In this document: positions 63,038-64,000 of the stretch, piece after piece
Position numbering within the stretch: the stretch's first letter is position 1
How the letters are laid out: each line of letters starts with the position of its first letter
The notes under the pieces: generated by a model
What the model was told of the DNA's origin: nothing
Database searches by the model: none
The model's input: the letters and a program-made list of their open reading frames with translations, nothing else
Made by a program: the position numbers and the translations under genes
Source of the DNA: an archaeon
GTDB taxonomy: Archaea; Aenigmatarchaeota; Aenigmatarchaeia; CG10238-14; SCSR01
Direction: 5' to 3'
Assembly: GCA_035288545.1 (NCBI GenBank)
Contig: DATEAB010000045.1
Coordinates: 1,329 to 65,328 of the forward strand
DNA length: 64,000 bases

Positions 63038-63724
63038 ATGAAGTGCAGCACGATTATACAAAACGCGAGAAAGCAAAAAAGAAAGCTGCTTACGCTGGCA
63101 GAGTCGCAGACGATTTTGCAGCGGCACAAGATTCCTTTCGTGAAAAATATTTTGGTGAAATACGAGGAGGACGCGATCAACGCAGCGAAGAAGATCGGTT
63201 TTCCTGTCGCACTCAAGGTCGTGTCGCCGGACATCACGCACAAGACCGAGTTCGGGGCGGTGCAGCTGAACTTGCGCAACGAGGCAGAGGTCTTGCTTGC
63301 ATTTAGAAAAATCGTTCACTCGATAAAAAAGAGGCGGAGAGATGTGAGAATTTCTGGCTTCCTTGTGCAGCAGATGGTGGGCGGCGCGGAAGTTTTGGTC
63401 GGAGGAAAGAAGGATTTGCAGTTCGGACAGACGCTGGCGTTCGGGGCGGGCGGCGTGTTTGTCGAAGTTTACGACGACGTCTCATTCCGTGTCGTGCCGA
63501 TAACGAAGAAGGACGCGAGGGAAATGATCGAGGAAGTGAAGGCGTACAAAATTTTGCACGGCTACCGCGGCAGACATTACGACTTGGCTGCGCTGGAAAA
63601 AATCCTGCTGCACACATCGGAACTTTTGGAAAAGCATCAGGACATCGTCGAGCTCGACATCAATCCGATTTTCGTCGGAGCGAAGGGCGCAGTCGCAGTC
63701 GACGCGAGGATTGCAATAAGTTAA
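63038..63724 (+). CDS. acdB: Acetate--CoA ligase (ADP-forming) beta subunit (ATP-grasp domain)
   Basis: 228 aa. ...LAESQTILQRHKIPFVK...INAAKKIGFPVALKVVSPDITHKTEFGAVQLNL...GGAEVLVGG is the ATP-grasp fold of the ACD beta subunit. The alpha subunit lies 38 kb upstream. Confidence 0.75.
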   Translation: MKCSTIIQNARKQKRKLLTLAESQTILQRHKIPFVKNILVKYEEDAINAAKKIGFPVALKVVSPDITHKTEFGAVQLNLRNEAEVLLAFRKIVHSIKKRRRDVRISGFLVQQMVGGAEVLVGGKKDLQFGQTLAFGAGGVFVEVYDDVSFRVVPITKKDAREMIEEVKAYKILHGYRGRHYDLAALEKILLHTSELLEKHQDIVELDINPIFVGAKGAVAVDARIAIS

Positions 63725-63733
63725 TTTTTCGTT

Positions 63734-64000
63734 ATGCAAGATTGGAAAGGTCATTTAATTTTCGGACTGCTGCTTACGATCGCTTGGATCAGCGGAATTT
63801 ATTTTTTCGGAATTTTTTCTCTCACGTTCGAAACTGCACTTCTTCTCGTTGCCGTCGTGATGTTTGCGAGCTTGTTTCCAGACATCGACCTGCGAGAGTC
63901 GAAGATTCGCGACTGGTTTTCTCTTGCAGTTTCTGCAATTGTTTCCGCAGTCTACATCTTCACCTATCGCGACACGTGGTACTACGGTCTTGCCTACTTC
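63734..64000 (+). CDS. Membrane-bound metal-dependent hydrolase-like protein (YdjM/DUF457-like), 3' truncated by window edge
   Basis: MQDWKGHLIFGLLLTIAWISGIYFFG...FASLFPDIDLRESKIRDW: His at the N-terminus, multiple TM helices, and a PDxD motif. Confidence 0.45.
   Translation, partial: MQDWKGHLIFGLLLTIAWISGIYFFGIFSLTFETALLLVAVVMFASLFPDIDLRESKIRDWFSLAVSAIVSAVYIFTYRDTWYYGLAYF

Overview
This 64-kb window looks like an archaeal chromosome segment, and the gene content points to a small-genome DPANN-type lineage (inference only). Evidence for archaeal origin: topoisomerase VI A/B, aIF-1A, ribosomal protein S17e, Pth2, tRNA-splicing endonuclease EndA, and pilins with class III signal peptides. GC content is moderate to low, with several very AT-rich patches.

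One part is housekeeping: a complete sufC-B-D-S-U operon, Fe/Mn superoxide dismutase, a Rieske protein, pterin carbinolamine dehydratase, an Nmd3-like Zn-ribbon protein, a KH/Dim2-like protein, a GT2 enzyme, S2P and Lon-S16 membrane proteases, an aminotransferase, ADP-forming acetyl-CoA synthetase alpha and beta (38 kb apart), a GNAT acetyltransferase, DedA and an EamA-like transporter.

Three things stand out.

1. There are six tRNA genes, and every one appears to carry an insertion (5-nt anticodon hairpins, or loops of 16-23 nt, in canonical arms). Several insertions sit at non-canonical positions (between D-stem and anticodon stem, in the D-loop, in the T-loop). One tRNA lies directly beside endA. 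A GC-rich structured RNA on the minus strand (about 21990-22265) is a candidate SRP/7S RNA.

2. Two AT-rich homing-endonuclease genes are present. One is a double-motif LAGLIDADG enzyme whose ORF runs into, and stops inside, the intron of tRNA-Leu(CAA). The other is a NUMOD3-repeat protein fused to a Vsr-like nuclease domain.

3. A cell-envelope island of roughly 30 kb occupies the middle of the window. It begins with a stand-alone PqqD-like (RRE-type) protein followed by a 1504-aa secreted protein rich in N-glycosylation sequons. Next comes a single-strand, operon-like block at 35385-50877: a small wHTH regulator translationally coupled to a second 1504-aa repeat-containing surface protein, a secreted membrane-anchored protein, a MinD/ParA (TadZ-like) ATPase, a coiled-coil protein, five consecutive pilin-like genes with class III signal peptides, a CBS-pair protein, a TadA/FlaI-family secretion ATPase, two separate single-domain platform proteins (TadB/TadC-like, not the usual fused archaeal PilC/FlaJ), and a probable major pilin. 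This is an archaeal Tad/Epd-like adhesive pilus system with a candidate giant adhesin.

Further along are a probable S-layer protein gene with a terminator hairpin, a processive GT2 synthase with a QxxRW motif, a PflA/AmmeMemoRadiSam-like protein that has lost its radical-SAM cysteine motif, and a membrane-anchored wHTH one-component regulator.
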